The position numbers and the translations under genes are program-made. Below are positions 25,540 to 39,022 of a stretch of 64,000 bases of DNA, piece after piece; position 1 is the stretch's first letter; each line of letters opens with the position of its first letter. The DNA lies in NCBI RefSeq assembly GCF_006345805.1, contig NC_043013.1, forward strand, positions 12,586,001-12,650,000, in the 5' to 3' direction. This DNA comes from Octopus sinensis. Lineage: Eukaryota. A model generated the notes under the pieces. It ran no database searches and was not told the origin of the DNA. It saw only the letters and a list, made by a program, of their open reading frames with translations.

Positions 25540-25928
25540 ATCAGCTCCCTCCTTCTAAGATGAATGCTGAGACCTCCTTTGGTCATGACTGACCATGGGA
25601 TTGCATCTAGAAAGTTACCATCCCAGGCACAAGTCCGAGCAAGGTTGTTTATGGAAGACCAGCAGTCGCCCATGCATACCGGCCTCTCCTCTCCACGCCA
25701 CCAGTGTTATCCAGGGGAAAAGCAAAGAGGCCGATACAGCTTGGCACCAGTGACGTCACAACTCATTTCTACAGCTGAGTGAACTGGAGCAACGTGAAAT
25801 AAAGTCTCTTGCTCAAGAACAAAACTTTGCCTTTTATCCTTTCGGGGTCGATTAAACAAGTACCAGTTACGCACTGGGGTCAGTGTAAACGACTTACTCC
25901 CCTCCCCGAGCTGCCCTTGTGGCAAAAA
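25540..25928. mobile_element. Family C CORE-like SINE body with tail type 2 (minus, 25540-25822) joined to a family A fragment (plus, 25826-25928)
   Basis: cagctgagtgaactggagcaacgtgaaataaagt.tcttgctcaag core; tail homologous to 33030-33230. Confidence 0.75.
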
Positions 25929-26477
25929 CAATGATGGCATGAACACATACATACATGCATGCATACATACATGCATGCGTAAATACATACATACGTATGT
26001 AAATACATACATACATACTTATATGCATGCATTTATACTCACCAAAACGTAATCTAAATACCCACCCTCAGTCATCCGGGTGCACAAAGCCATAAAGCCA
26101 ACATTGGAATCGGAACAAATAAAGAAATTTTTACATTTTTCTCCACTTACTAGAAATGGCATAAATCTTTGAGACATTAATTGAAGGATTGACCATCTTA
26201 TTATATCGTTGACCCTTTAATGGAATCGTTGATAACTTATCGACCCTATCGCGTAAATTTCTAAAATATAATTAAAATGTATAATTAATAAAAAAAATTC
26301 TTCATTTAAAAACAATAGCATTGCTTAATAAGTATTTTAAAGAGTTTATTGAAAATTCTTAACAAAATTGGTAAAGAATAATAAAAATTCACTGATATAT
26401 TGATATAGTCGGAATATTTAATGTGAAATATGTTTTTGGTAAATGCTAGTTACTGCATTGGTATTTGGCTGGAAATT

Positions 26478-26570
26478 AGTGTGTCGTTCCCTCAGCCGCT
26501 CAATTGTCCGAATATTAAGACCCATGGACGCTGACCGGTATGGAGACGTCCGATGGCTTTAAATTACCAC
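26478..26570 (-). mobile_element. Short fragment related to the Tc1 element at 28.5-29.8 kb
   Basis: gtcgttccctcagccgctcaattgtccgaata and gacccatggacgctgacc..atggagacgtccgatggc match 29585-29685. Confidence 0.55.
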
Positions 26571-27399
26571 GGATCTTTCAGATTCAGTTCTCTATTAGAG
26601 AACTGAATTCAGTATTCTTAACGCTTAAAATTGTTTCAGATGTTTCCAACACCTTAGGAGGCCTTATTGACGCCTCCAAAGATAGTTGTCGAGCCCTTCA
26701 TTAAATGACGTAAGAACGAAAATTTTAACAGCCACCACCACCAACAACAACAACAACAGTAACAATACACAACGTAGCGGGTAATACAGCCGATGTCTGT
26801 CAGTTAAAATGTCTAGCTCATATGACAACCATGTCACACTCAATATAACAATGAGAAATGAAACGACCAAGGCATCAAAACGAAAACACAACAATTATGA
26901 AAAAAACTGCTCCAGCCAAGGTAGCCAATGGACACTTACACTAACTTAACATTTAAAGATACCTAAATACATCACTCACAATCTCTCTGTAACACCTTAT
27001 GAAACTAAATTGTTCATCAAGTGACCGATATCAAACGTTAAACAAAGTTGCAACACAAGATCTAGTTGAGCTATATAAAGTAAAACAGGTCACACCGCAA
27101 TGAAAGCTTTATGGAACAAATAAATTCATACATCCATGACCACAGACGACGTTTTACCACTGTATGGATATGATTGATGACACACTGTAGATGTAAATAT
27201 TCACGCAAGCCATTGTGAAAGCATTTTATTTATGAGTAATGCATATGCCATCAACAACTTCATCAATTAAGCTATCAGGCTGCAAATCCAGCCTTAACCA
27301 CTTCGATACATTCATCATCTCCATTACTGGAAAATATTCAAAAGTATACAACACATCCTGGTGTAAAAGCAATACAGATAACACAAGAGGAAAATACTA

Positions 27400-27864
27400 C
27401 GAAGGTGGACTGAGAGTCTCATTAGCTGACTATGAGAGAGTGATGTTAGGGCTATTAAATCATGCATTCATTAATTTCAACTTCTTAATTAATAACTGAA
27501 TTGATTCTTTCTAGGGAAACTGACATCTGATTATTTAAAGAAGAGTTCAGAAGTAACTAGTAGCGATTTCTCTTGAAAATGGGCAAAATTTGGCATCATA
27601 CTGTAATCAAGTTCTTTCATAAAACGGGTTTAGCCTCCAACGACATAGGAACCAATATCACAGTAACGTTGACGTCGTAACTACTGTCGAAGACTTCTTT
27701 GGCGAATAAGCTGAAAGCATCTTCACCAATGGGATACAAGCACTGCAATACCGACGGAAGAAGTGTGTGGGCTGCAAAAGGGGCTACGTTGAAAAATAAG
27801 ACTCATTTGGTCATATTTCATGAGAGTATTTCGGTCAGCCTATGAAGCTTTCAGCCGACCTTCA
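27400..27864 (+). mobile_element. Mariner internal-deletion derivative (~465 bp)
   Basis: TA-flanked imperfect TIRs (cgaaggtggactgagagtctcattagctgac / gtcagcctatgaagctttcagccgaccttca); N-terminal MGKIWHHTVIKFFHKTGLASND fused to C-terminal ..FTNGIQALQYRRKKCVGCKRGYVEK*. Confidence 0.75.
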
Positions 27865-28277
27865 TAGCGTTATATTAAATTTGTACATATTAAACGATCC
27901 ACACCAACATTTACTGCAACCAAGTTAATTACAACTCTTTAGACATTAGTCTCTGCTTTAAATGACTAGTTCCCACATGGAGGACAATTCTGCTTCATCG
28001 TTACAATCTCACTTCCATATCAATGAACAAAACAGAAGAACTCTTACACACTTCAAAAGAAAAGTTTGTTGGAATCCTTTCAACCAAAAGATAGCATTAG
28101 AGTTTGCTGAATTCGACAACAGCAGATTCCCCAACGTAGATACTGCATACATTGAAGAAAATATACATTAGATGCTTTCAAAAAAACATAAAACATGATA
28201 AACATATTACACACACACACACGCACGCACATGCATACACATACATACGCACATGTATATGTATATATGTGTGTGTG

Positions 28278-28351
<74 letters not shown>

Positions 28352-28519
28352 GGAATATTATTCCAAACTTACAGGGAAAAATTCAATTTAGAAATACTAA
28401 ATCAAATTTCACAAAATGTAATATATATATATATATTATATATATATATATATATACATACATACATACGTACGTACATACATACATACATACATACATA
28501 CATACATACATACATACAT

Positions 28520-29826
28520 ACTGAATCACAAAAGAAACACCGCACACATACTAAATAGAAACCGGTTTATTAACAGACCGCCATAGCATCGATTAAAGAG
28601 TGCTAATTAAGAAAACGTTATTTACTAATGATAAAACGTCATTTCCTGAAACATGTTTGGCGTCGCATGGTGTCAAGTGATGACGGAGTGTCCTGGATCA
28701 ATATCTTGTGTGACCACCGTTAGCGTTGATTACCACCAGGCAACTTCTGTACATTGAAAGCGCCAAGCGATTGATGAAGGCCATGGGGATAGCAGCCCAG
28801 ACTATTTTAAAACTTACAGTGAGATGTGCAGCAGTTGCTGGCCTTGGACGGACGTCATTTAGCCATCTTTGGATTTCGTCCCACAGGTGCTCTATGGGGC
28901 TCAAGTCCGGACTATAGGCAGGACATGGCAGTGTCTGGATACGGCGCTGTTGGAGGAATTGCTTTGTAAACCTGGTTGTGTGGACACGGGCGTTGTCGTG
29001 TTGAAACACGTAATTCCGATGATGGGCAAAGTAAGGTACAATACGAGGCCTCAAAACTTGTTCGATGTAACGAGCAGCGGTTACTCCATTAACCTGGTTT
29101 TTACCGGTGTTTTGGAAGACCACCAGGCCAAGTTTCTGGTTGAGTGCCACCTCACCCCATACCATTATGCTCTGTCCTCCCCATGAATCTCTCTCTACCA
29201 CACAGTCATTGGCATGACGTCCACCCCTTCTTCTCCAAACCCTAGCTCTACAATCTGCCGCAGAAATGCAATATCGACTTTCGTCAGAGAAGACCACAGT
29301 CCTCCACTGCTGATATCGCCAGTTCTGACATTTTGAGCCCACTGCAAATGGGCCCGTCGATGATGATCTATGAGGATGGGGCCCCCTAGCAAGATCTCAG
29401 CCGGCGGCGAACTGTCTCTGCCCAAACGGGTCTGTGGTGAGTCCCTATGATCTGCCTAGCTGATTCCGTTGCTCTCCGGAATCGGTCCTGCAAGTGCTGT
29501 CGGTGCAGGTGGCGATCTTGACATGTCGTTGTAACCCTCGGTCGGCCACTGCGTGGACGATCATCCGTGCTATTTGTGGCATTGTATCGTTCTCCCAGCC
29601 ACTCTATTGTCCGAATACTGCTGTTCAAGTCATTAGCAATGAATGACCCATGGACGTTGACCAACATGGAGACGTCCGATGGCTTGCACCCTCTGATTTC
29701 GTGTCACTCTTGGCAAGCTTGCTGCGTTCGGGAAACGAATGACAGGACCCGAACGAATACAGCAAAGAATTTTTCCAATACTCTAATAATTATGTCAGCT
29801 TACGACATTTGTAATAATTCTTTGTG
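28520..29826 (-). mobile_element. Tc1-family (DD34E) transposon, defective; transposase remnant 28698-29610
   Basis: VVFSDESRYC, FQHDNARVHT, YSPDLSPIEHLWDEI catalytic motifs; DRPRSGRPR in the upstream frame; frameshift and missing N-terminal HTH; second TIR not found. Confidence 0.9.
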
Positions 29827-30322
29827 CTCTAGATACAAGGCCTGAAATTTGGGAAGAGGGGTTTCATCGATTACATCGACCCAGTACTTGACTGGTATTT
29901 ATTTCAACAACCCCGAGATGATGAACAGTAAAGTTGACCTCGGCGGAATTTGAACTCAGAACGTAAAGCCAGAAGAAATGTTACTAAGCGTTTTGTGTGG
30001 CATACTAAAAATTCTACCAAACTCGTCACTTTCTTGTAATGATAATAATAATCCTTTCTACTCTAGGCACAAGGCCTGAAATTTGGGGGGAGGGGGCAAG
30101 TCGATTACATCGACTCTGAGAGGAAGAAAGGCCTGTAATTTCGGGGAGAGTGTAAGTTGATTACATCGACCTCAGTGCTCTGTTGGTACATATTTTGTCG
30201 ACCCCGAAAGGGATGAGAGGCAAAATAGACCTCAGTGGAATTTGAACTAAGAACGTAAGGATGGACGAAATGCCACTAAGCAATTTCCTCGGCGTTCTAA
30301 CAATTCTGCCAGCTCGCCGCCT
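29827..30322 (-). mobile_element. Cluster of three family A SINEs or fragments
   Basis: Reverse matches at 29827-30030, 30054-30116 and 30134-30322. Confidence 0.8.
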
Positions 30323-30344
30323 ACTTATAAAAAACAACAACAAG

Positions 30345-30409
30345 GACAACGACGATGATGATGAAGATGATATTGATGATGATGAAGATGATGATGAAGA
30401 TGATAATGG

Positions 30410-30441
<32 letters not shown>

Positions 30442-30490
30442 AAGGTGATTGTGATGATGATGATGATGATATGATGATGATGATGATGAT

Positions 30491-30551
<61 letters not shown>

Positions 30552-30672
30552 GATGATAATGGTGATGATGATGATGATGATGAAGGTGATGATGAAGATG
30601 ATATTGATGATGATGAAGATGATGGTGATGATGATGGTGTTGATGATGGTGGTGATGATGATGATGATGATA
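30345..30672. repeat. (GAT)n array
   Basis: Direct inspection. Confidence 0.95.
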
Positions 30673-31537
30673 AAAAGTGATTTGCTATAAGCCAAGAGAA
30701 GCGACACAACAGAACATACCAGACACAAAACACCTGAATCCTTACAACACAAAGAAAATAAAAATAAAAAAAAAGAGTAAAAAGAACATTCAGAAATCGA
30801 AGAAGCAGAAGAAGATACTCTCAGACACAACGGAAAAATAATACAAGAGAACCCGACTACAGCAGCCATTAATGAGAAGTCATTTAATAAAAGGAAGAAT
30901 ATAAAGCAGCAGCCCCTTAACAAGGATGAAGATCACACAAGACCCCCATGGAAACAATCATGCGAATTCTCAAACCGACACAAACATTTGGTGTCGACCT
31001 TTATACATAGGAATAAAAGGAATAAAAAGTACAGAGTACAATAGAGTAAGCAGAATCAACAATGAGGAAATTTTAATATAAACAATAATGGAAATGGAAG
31101 AATTCAATAAAGCTGGATCGACGGAAAAACACCTTCCCAAGCCACACGAATAAACACAAACATCTATGGCAAATAATAGTTCAATACCCGCCCCAACCAT
31201 ACTCCCCCCCCCCCGCGCGTCCCTCCCCTCCGCGCACACACAAGAAAAATTCTTTCCATTGAAGTACACCGATGTATCAATAGACTTAAAAAAAAGGATT
31301 TGATTTTTACTCTGTCGCCATGACAGTAACGAGCGCGCGGTGTGGAGGTGGGGGTGGAGTGGAGGTGGGGTGTGGGTAGGGGTGGGAGGAAACTAGACTC
31401 CTTTCACCTAAACTCACGAATGAAATGTAAAAGAAAAAAAGAAAATATACAAAAAATAAAATAAAATAAAAACAAATCTAGCCTTACTCAGAGAAATAGA
31501 AAAGGGGAAAGCTTTAATATACTAAAAGAAATCAAAC

Positions 31538-31539
<2 letters not shown>

Positions 31540-31626
<87 letters not shown>

Positions 31627-31635
31627 TGATGATGA

Positions 31636-31704
<69 letters not shown>

Positions 31705-31725
31705 CATTATTATTATTATTATTTA
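31540..31725. repeat. (AAT)n abutting (TTA)n, an inverted microsatellite
   Basis: Polarity switch at about 31635. Confidence 0.9.
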
Positions 31726-32894
31726 TTCGTATCTATATCAAATGTTTCCATTATTTTTCAAACCATCCAAACAACCAGAGGTTTTGGAATCTGGGATTGT
31801 TGTTTGAAAATAAATAAATAAATAAATAAAAATAGAAAATTTTTTAAAAAATAAAATAAAACCGAGAAAATATTTCGAAAGATTGAAAATAATGTTAGCG
31901 CAATTTACGGAAAAAAATTTTTCTGACGGAAGTCGCGATGTGAAAGCTTGTGCTGTGACTTTCCAATGAAACATTAAGAAACTGTAACGTCAAGGGGAAA
32001 AGGAAGTGATTCTAGAAGCAAAAATAAGAAAAATTTTAAACATTTTAGCCTTGCATAAATATGTCGGATTAAAAAAAAAACAACAAAAAAACAAAAAAAA
32101 GATTAGAAAAAAAGAAAGAAAGGAAAAGAACGTTTCTTCAACAAACTAGAATTACGTACGAATTTGAAACGAATTCGGAAACTTTGGCATAGAAACATCA
32201 AGGAAAAATTGACACCTTAAAATTGGAAGGTATACCACCATCATTTATAAAAAATATTCATTCATTAAGGGAAGATGTAGAATACTGCTCCAGCGTGGAC
32301 GCAGTTCAATGACTGAGAGAAGTAAAGAGTAAAAGAAACATAAAAGTTTAATAAGGACTCACGACAGATGAGGAAGATGAAAGAGAAATACAATATCGCA
32401 GCAAATATTACCTAGTATTGGGTGGGTCATTACACCAATAGTAACACACACACACAGGTTCAGTTCCATTTCCCCATTGTCAATCAGTATCTAATCAACT
32501 AACTAATCAGTCGTTTATTCAATGTGTTGGTTAAACAGTTAGTCAATTATTTGTTAGTCAAAGTTTTTTCGTCGCTGTTCGCAACCTTTTCAGTGACTTA
32601 GTAACTTCCCCTCTCGCGTCAATACATTAAACAAACGATTGATCAGTTAGTTGGTTAGATATCTAACCAATCAACTAGCGATAAAGAAGTGAAATCGAAC
32701 CTGCGCATGTGCAATTATTATTGGGCTAATGACTCCCTAGACACAATAAAATTTGTTTCCATACACCATATCACATCAAGAATCTTCTAAGCCAAATACA
32801 AAATCGAGTTATCCAGGATATCTAGCTGAGTATCCGTCAATAGGATTGAAAGTGCTTATATCTGGAAGAGTCGTAAATTGATAAAGGAGTCCGT

Positions 32895-33230
32895 TTACGA
32901 CGCAGAGTTCAGTAGTTAGAAAGTCGGGCTCATAATCATGAGGTAGTGAGTTCGATTCCCGAACCGGGCTGTACTGTGAGTTCTTGAACAAGACACTTTA
33001 TTTCCCGTTGATCCGGTTCACTCGGCTGTAGAAATGAACTGTGACGTCATTGGTGCCAAGCTGTATCGGTTTTTGCCTTTCCCTTAGACAGCATCATTGG
33101 AGTGGAAAGGAGAGATTGCATGGGCGATTGCAAATATTCCATAAACAACCTTGCCCGAACTTGTATCTTGGAGAGGAATTTCTAGGGGCAATCCCATGGC
33201 TATACATGATCGAAGAGTGTCTTTACCCTT
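32895..33230 (+). mobile_element. tRNA-derived CORE-like SINE, family C, tail type 2
   Basis: B box gagttcgattccc; cttgaacaagacactttatttcccgttg core; tail homologous to 25540-25790. Confidence 0.8.
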
Positions 33231-34025
33231 TACTCTCGCTTAAATAATAGATATAATGTAGTATCTGTTAATAACTGTCAAGGAATTACTACAGGGACCA
33301 GAATCAATATCTGGTTTTTAAAGGGTAGAAAAACCCATTTACCTGAAACTAGAGGATGAGGAACTCCCCCTCTCTCTCTCTCTCTTTATCTCTCGCTCTC
33401 TTTCTCTCTATATATCTTTCTCCCTCTTTCTTTCTCTCTCTCCACGTGCATTCACGCACACACATGCGTAGTAAGTGACCGATTTCCTGTTTACCAATAA
33501 TATACAATGTCATAACATCTTTAGACTCCTGTTGGTTGAAAACGGTTACATTTTGCCGGAGGATCAGAAAGTCAGTTGGAAACAGATGCACCGATGTAAA
33601 CAACACATTTTGGCGAACCGAGTAGTTATTGAAAATATTCTTAGACATGTCGTTCTAGAAACGGACAAGACCTTGAAAAGAAATCTCCTTGGTATCCCAA
33701 TAAAATATAAACACAAACACCAAAGATCCTATAAGCCCTCATGTTTCGATCTCTTCCAAACAAAACCTAAGCTACGAAATAAGTCGAAAATTTATTAAAG
33801 AACAAGGAATGCGATGTGAGACTAAGCAACATGAGGGTAAGATGGAACTAATAATATTGGTGCATTGTGTTTGATACTACAAGAACATGAATACAGCATG
33901 AAAACCTTAGTAGGAATCACTTTTTTCTACATATAATCCAAATAAATTAAAGCTGTACACGTGATGATCACAATAATATTCTGGTGAGTCAAAAGTCTTG
34001 CAATATTTCAGTAACTTATTTGCTA

Positions 34026-35700
34026 CTAGCGGAGGAACCCGGCGCTGTCCGGTATAACTTTCAGTAGAGTAGTCGTTTAAATGAACCGAAAAACTTCCGT
34101 CAAACACGATTATAGAAGTAACAATATACAGGTGTTGGCCCTGTAACAATATACAGGTGTTCTCTATGAAATATCTCTGCGGCGGTGCTGCCAGCAAAGA
34201 CGAATCCGAGGGTAGCAATTGGTGGCCCTGAAGAGAACCTTGGATAGTTCACTCTTAGAAAGTCCCAGCGGCGGTGCTGCCAGCAAAGACGAATCCACTG
34301 TAATTTATAGTTGGTGGCCATGAAGAGGACCTTTTAACGTTTACTTTGAATTATCTCAGCGGCGGTGCAGCCAGCGAGGGCCTTGGAGCGTTCACTCTTA
34401 AAAGTCCCAGTGGTGGAGCTGTCTGCAAAGACGACTCCGATTAGAGGTGGTGGCCTTTAAGAATTCCTTCACACCACTTTGGTGTGTCGTATTTGCTTTG
34501 TTATTTGAGATTGTAACCTAAAAAAGCATGTAAAAGTCGGTGGCCACAAAAACGGCCTTGGCAAGATCACGCTGGAATGTCAAAAAATGTGTAAATAAGA
34601 TGTAGGGAAAAGTAGATTAATTAAGTTAAAACGTACGGAACATCGATAGCAAAGCGTGATAGCAACATATAAATACGGAAAACGAAGGAGATATTGAACA
34701 TGTATTTATAACGCATAGCAAAAGCAACCTCAGAGGTGTGCGTGGTATTGCCAAAAGGACAAAGATAGCACACGGATACAGCAAATGTAAGCACTTATAC
34801 AAAAAAAAAACAACGCCAACTTACTTGTTGGCGAATAGGGCGTCTACAAAACTTCCTTACAGATTATATTTTGGGTTTTCTCGCGAGTTGCAAAAGAAAA
34901 TTGGTTATGTCGGTTCCCCACCCGAGAGCAGCCAGCATATAGTTGACCATGGGAGAAGCACGGTTCTTCTAAATTAAGTCCTTCGACCATCAGCGTCTGA
35001 CCCTGTAATTTGTTAATCAACATGGCGAAACTGAACCGGAGAGGGAATTGCAGCCTTCTGAATGTGAAAGGATTGTCTTTACCGGATGGAATGAGAGGTA
35101 TCCTTGGTATGAACACAGTATCCCTCTTACCACTTCTTATAGGTATAGTTGCCTCAATAACATGAGGCATCGCTTTTTGGACGACCAGACGTGTGCCGTT
35201 GCAAAGCCTGGAGTGGGGGAGAGGGTTCCATATTCCTGAGGAGCACGACATGGGCACCCTTCTTAAGTTGCAATAAGTGTGGTGGCAATCCGGGAGGGTC
35301 TAGGGAGTTAAGAAATTCTGTGGAGTAATTAACAACTTCGCCCGGATCAGCCATAGAGTCAAGGGACTTGTAGACATGCAGGTTTTCAGGTAAACACAGC
35401 ATAAGCTGTTCATTGATGTCCCCAACTACGTGGTTTTCTAAAGCCAATATTGCACGTTCACACAACCACTCTTGATTTGTGTAGTTCTCATCCAAATTAG
35501 GAAAAACAGACGTGTGTAAGTCAGCAATTGACTCGAGGCATCTGCAAATCCCTGTGAGGTCCGGCCAGTGTCTTCAACATCATCTGGAGGCAATGGGTAA
35601 CCAATGTGTCCCGGAAAGTTGAAATCAAACGTAAACTTCAAAATTTATCAGGTACTAATACAGTGTTAATGTCAACTTCAATAGGTAAGTCGAAGGGGCT
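34026..35700 (-). mobile_element. Helitron 3' portion: PIF1-family helicase remnant (34844-35520), 3' UTR minisatellite, terminal hairpin and CTAG
   Basis: WLCERAILA, EFLNSLDPPGLPPHLLQLKKG, LCNGTRL, QFPLRFSFAMLINKLQGQTL, FSHGQLYAGCSRV; terminus ccgg-acagcg-ccgg-gttcctccg-CTAG|T at 34026. Confidence 0.9.
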
Positions 35701-35709
35701 TACTGCCCA

Positions 35710-35991
35710 CCCCAAATCAGCGGAATTTGAACTCAGAACGTGAAGACGAACGAAATACCTATTTCTTTACCACCCACAAGGGGCTAAACACAGAGAAGAC
35801 AAATAAGGACATACAAACGGATTAAGTCGATTACATCGACCCCAGTGCGTAACTGGTACTTAATTTATCGACCTCGAAAGGATGAAAAGCAAAGTCGACC
35901 TCGGCGGAATTTGAACTCAGAACGTAACGGCAGACGAAATACGGCTACGCGTTTCGCCCGACGTGCTAACGTTTCTGCCAGCTCGCCGCCT
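35710..35991 (-). mobile_element. Family A SINE, tandem form
   Basis: Junction cgaaatac|ctatttc at 35758/35759. Confidence 0.85.
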
Positions 35992-36069
35992 TTCGAATGC
36001 CCTTAGCACAAGCCATGCGCCTTCCATCACATACACACAAATACACACACACAAACACACATACACAGA

Positions 36070-36109
<40 letters not shown>

Positions 36110-36204
36110 AATGATTATTTATAAACAATTGAATGAATGTTAGCATATTCATAGCTAGTTCTTAATTTACCATCATCAAGATAATCAAACAGAAGGAAAA
36201 ATAT

Positions 36205-36638
36205 GATTAGTCACACACACACACATACACAAACGCACACACGCCCGCATACACGCAAACACACACACACACATTAATCTATATGCACAGACAGGCGCAT
36301 ACATGCAAAACACACACACACCACACATATACACACATACACACACATACACACACATGCACACTCACACACACGCAGAGACACACACACACACAAGCAC
36401 ACACACGCATTAATCTATATGCACACACACGCACATACACGCAAAACATACACACACATAGACACATTAAGACACTCACACATATACACACACGCACAGA
36501 CACACACATACGCAAGCACACACACACGCGCATACACGCAAACACACACACACACACACATTCACACACACTCACTCACACATGCACACACACACACACA
36601 CACACGCACGCACGCACACACACCACACACACACATAC

Positions 36639-36686
<48 letters not shown>

Positions 36687-38105
36687 TAATCTATGAAGCG
36701 CAGACTAGTTTCCGTATTTCAAGGCGATGCCTTAGTAAAGCTGCAATCTATTGCCTTGTATGATTAAAAGAATAAAGGAATAAACGATTCTGAAATTCCA
36801 TCCTATATTAGCCTGTGCTAGCGTTTGACAGACTGGAGTTATTTCCCTTGGCCCTTATAATTTGGTTTGATTGATGCCTTTATATTATTCGCTGGAGACT
36901 GCCGGCCGTCTGTGCACACACGCAGATATACGAATACATATATATATATATACATGCATGCGTAAACTTAGAAGCACAATGCTTAAATACTTACACTTGC
37001 ACACACACACACACACACACACCACACACACACACACACACACACTCAAACACACAAACACACACGCACACATATATATATACATGCATACAAATAAAAC
37101 GCTCGTACACACATACACAACAGATGCGAACGCATGCATATAGATTAATGTATGTGTGTGTGTTTGTCTGTTTGCGTGTATGCGTATGTGTGTGTTTGTG
37201 TGTTTGTGCGTCAGTGCGAGTGTGCGCGCGCGCGTGTGTGTGTGTGTGATACTAATCATTTTTTTTTTCTTTCTGTTGTTTTATTTCCAATAAAAAGACA
37301 AAAGGTTTACAACCTGAAACTAAATTTGGCCTCAGAACTAGACGCGCGCGAGCGCACACATACACACACACGCACACACACACACACACACACACTCACA
37401 CATACTCACACACACGCACACACACACACACACACACTCACACACACACGCACACATACACTCACACACACACGCACACACACACACATACACTCAGACA
37501 TACTCACACACACACACGCACACACACACACACATACACTCACACATACTCACACACACACGCACACACACACGTACACTCACACATACTCACACTCACG
37601 CACACACATACACACACATACGCACACATACGCACACATACATACACACACACGCGCATGCACACACACACACGCACAACGCACACTCTCACACTCACAC
37701 ACACACACATGCACTCACACACACACACGCACACATACACTCACTTATACTAACACTCACACGCACACATACACACACACACGCACACATACATACACAC
37801 ACGCGCGCATGCACACACACACGCACAACGCACACACTCTCACACACTCACACACACACATGCACTCACACACACACACACACTCACTCACTTATACTCA
37901 CACTCACACGCACACATACGCACACACGCGCGAACGCACACATTCATACACACGCGCATGCACAGACGCAATCATACACACACGCAATCATACACACAAC
38001 GCACACACACGCACACACACACACACTCACTCACACACACACATGCACACACACACACTTACGCACTCACGCACACATACACACACACAATTTCTCTCAC
38101 ACACA
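36205..38105. repeat. Degenerate (CA)n tracts (36205-36690, 36995-37260, 37340-38105)
   Basis: Direct inspection; source of the His/Thr ORFs. Confidence 0.9.
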
Positions 38106-38189
38106 CATAAAAGGAAAAAACAACAATATCCTATAAAAAAAACAAAGTATTCCAAGTTGATTATGATTGGGAGATAATTGTCTACCTAA

Positions 38190-38890
38190 AGCAGCTGTCC
38201 TTAATTCCCACCATGACCCCAAAACGGCTTCGGAACCTGGTACATGCATTCCTCATTGTATCCCTGGGAAGATTTTCGAACACATCTTGGCCACCGATTC
38301 GATCTTGGTGTTTCAAGCAGAGTGGTTGGTTGAAAAAGAAAAGTAAGGTTGCCAGCTCGTGTCATCCTGACTCTTAAGGACCGGTCTTCCTGTTTCCCTA
38401 GTATATAAGTTCCCCACCTATACGGGACGCAAGATTACTCATTTTTGCCAGCTGAGTGGACTGGAAGCAATGTGACATGAAGGGTTTTGCTCAAGGACAC
38501 AACGTATCACCTGGTCTAGGAATCGAAACCACAATCTTACAATCACGAGTCCAACACCCTAACCACTAAGCCATGCGCTTCCACTAAACAGAACAGTTGG
38601 TGTCTCTCTCAACCACGCTCCACGCAGAAATCCATTTGATTGCAGTTGAGGTGGGCATTAAAAGGCCATAAATTGGGGCTGGTAAAGTAGAAATTCTCCA
38701 ATGACCACTTCTGATTCTTCCCAGTGGGATGGCAACAAGTCGAATCTTGCTGCCACACATATGGCCTTCCAACAACAACCCCATCCAGCCAATATTTGAC
38801 CACAGACTCCACCAGCTTCATATAACCATCTGAATTGAACCTGGGGTGCCATGACATCACATTCTCAGGTGATACACCCAAAGACCTTCA
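38190..38890 (-). pseudogene. DD37D (maT-like) transposase fragment interrupted by a SINE
   Basis: FNSDGYMKLVESVVKYWLDGVVVGRPYVWQQDS..KWSLENFYFTSPNLWP..CNQMDFCV and, beyond the SINE, ..FENLPRDTMRNACTRFRSRF. Confidence 0.75.
38365..38583 (-). mobile_element. tRNA-derived CORE-like SINE, family C, tail type 3
   Basis: Reverse head gcgcatggcttagtggttagggtgttggactcgtg; core cagtccactcagctggcaaaaatgagta. Confidence 0.8.
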
Positions 38891-39022
38891 CGGGGGAACT
38901 TGCTTTTCATGAGTTCCACAGAAGGTCTTACAGCTTTTTACAGTGTTCACAGAGTATGAAGCAGCAATCATAATATCGGTATTTTGACACGATATCATCA
39001 CGATACAGGTAACTCTTTTCCG

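Noticed and set aside
30780-31050. ~89-codon purine-rich open frame (EHSEIEEAEEDTLR..)
   Set aside because: No start codon or acceptor; explained by A-rich strand bias
31751-31813. Imperfect hairpin considered as a pre-miRNA
   Set aside because: It needs a 6-nt asymmetric bulge and is mostly A/U pairs
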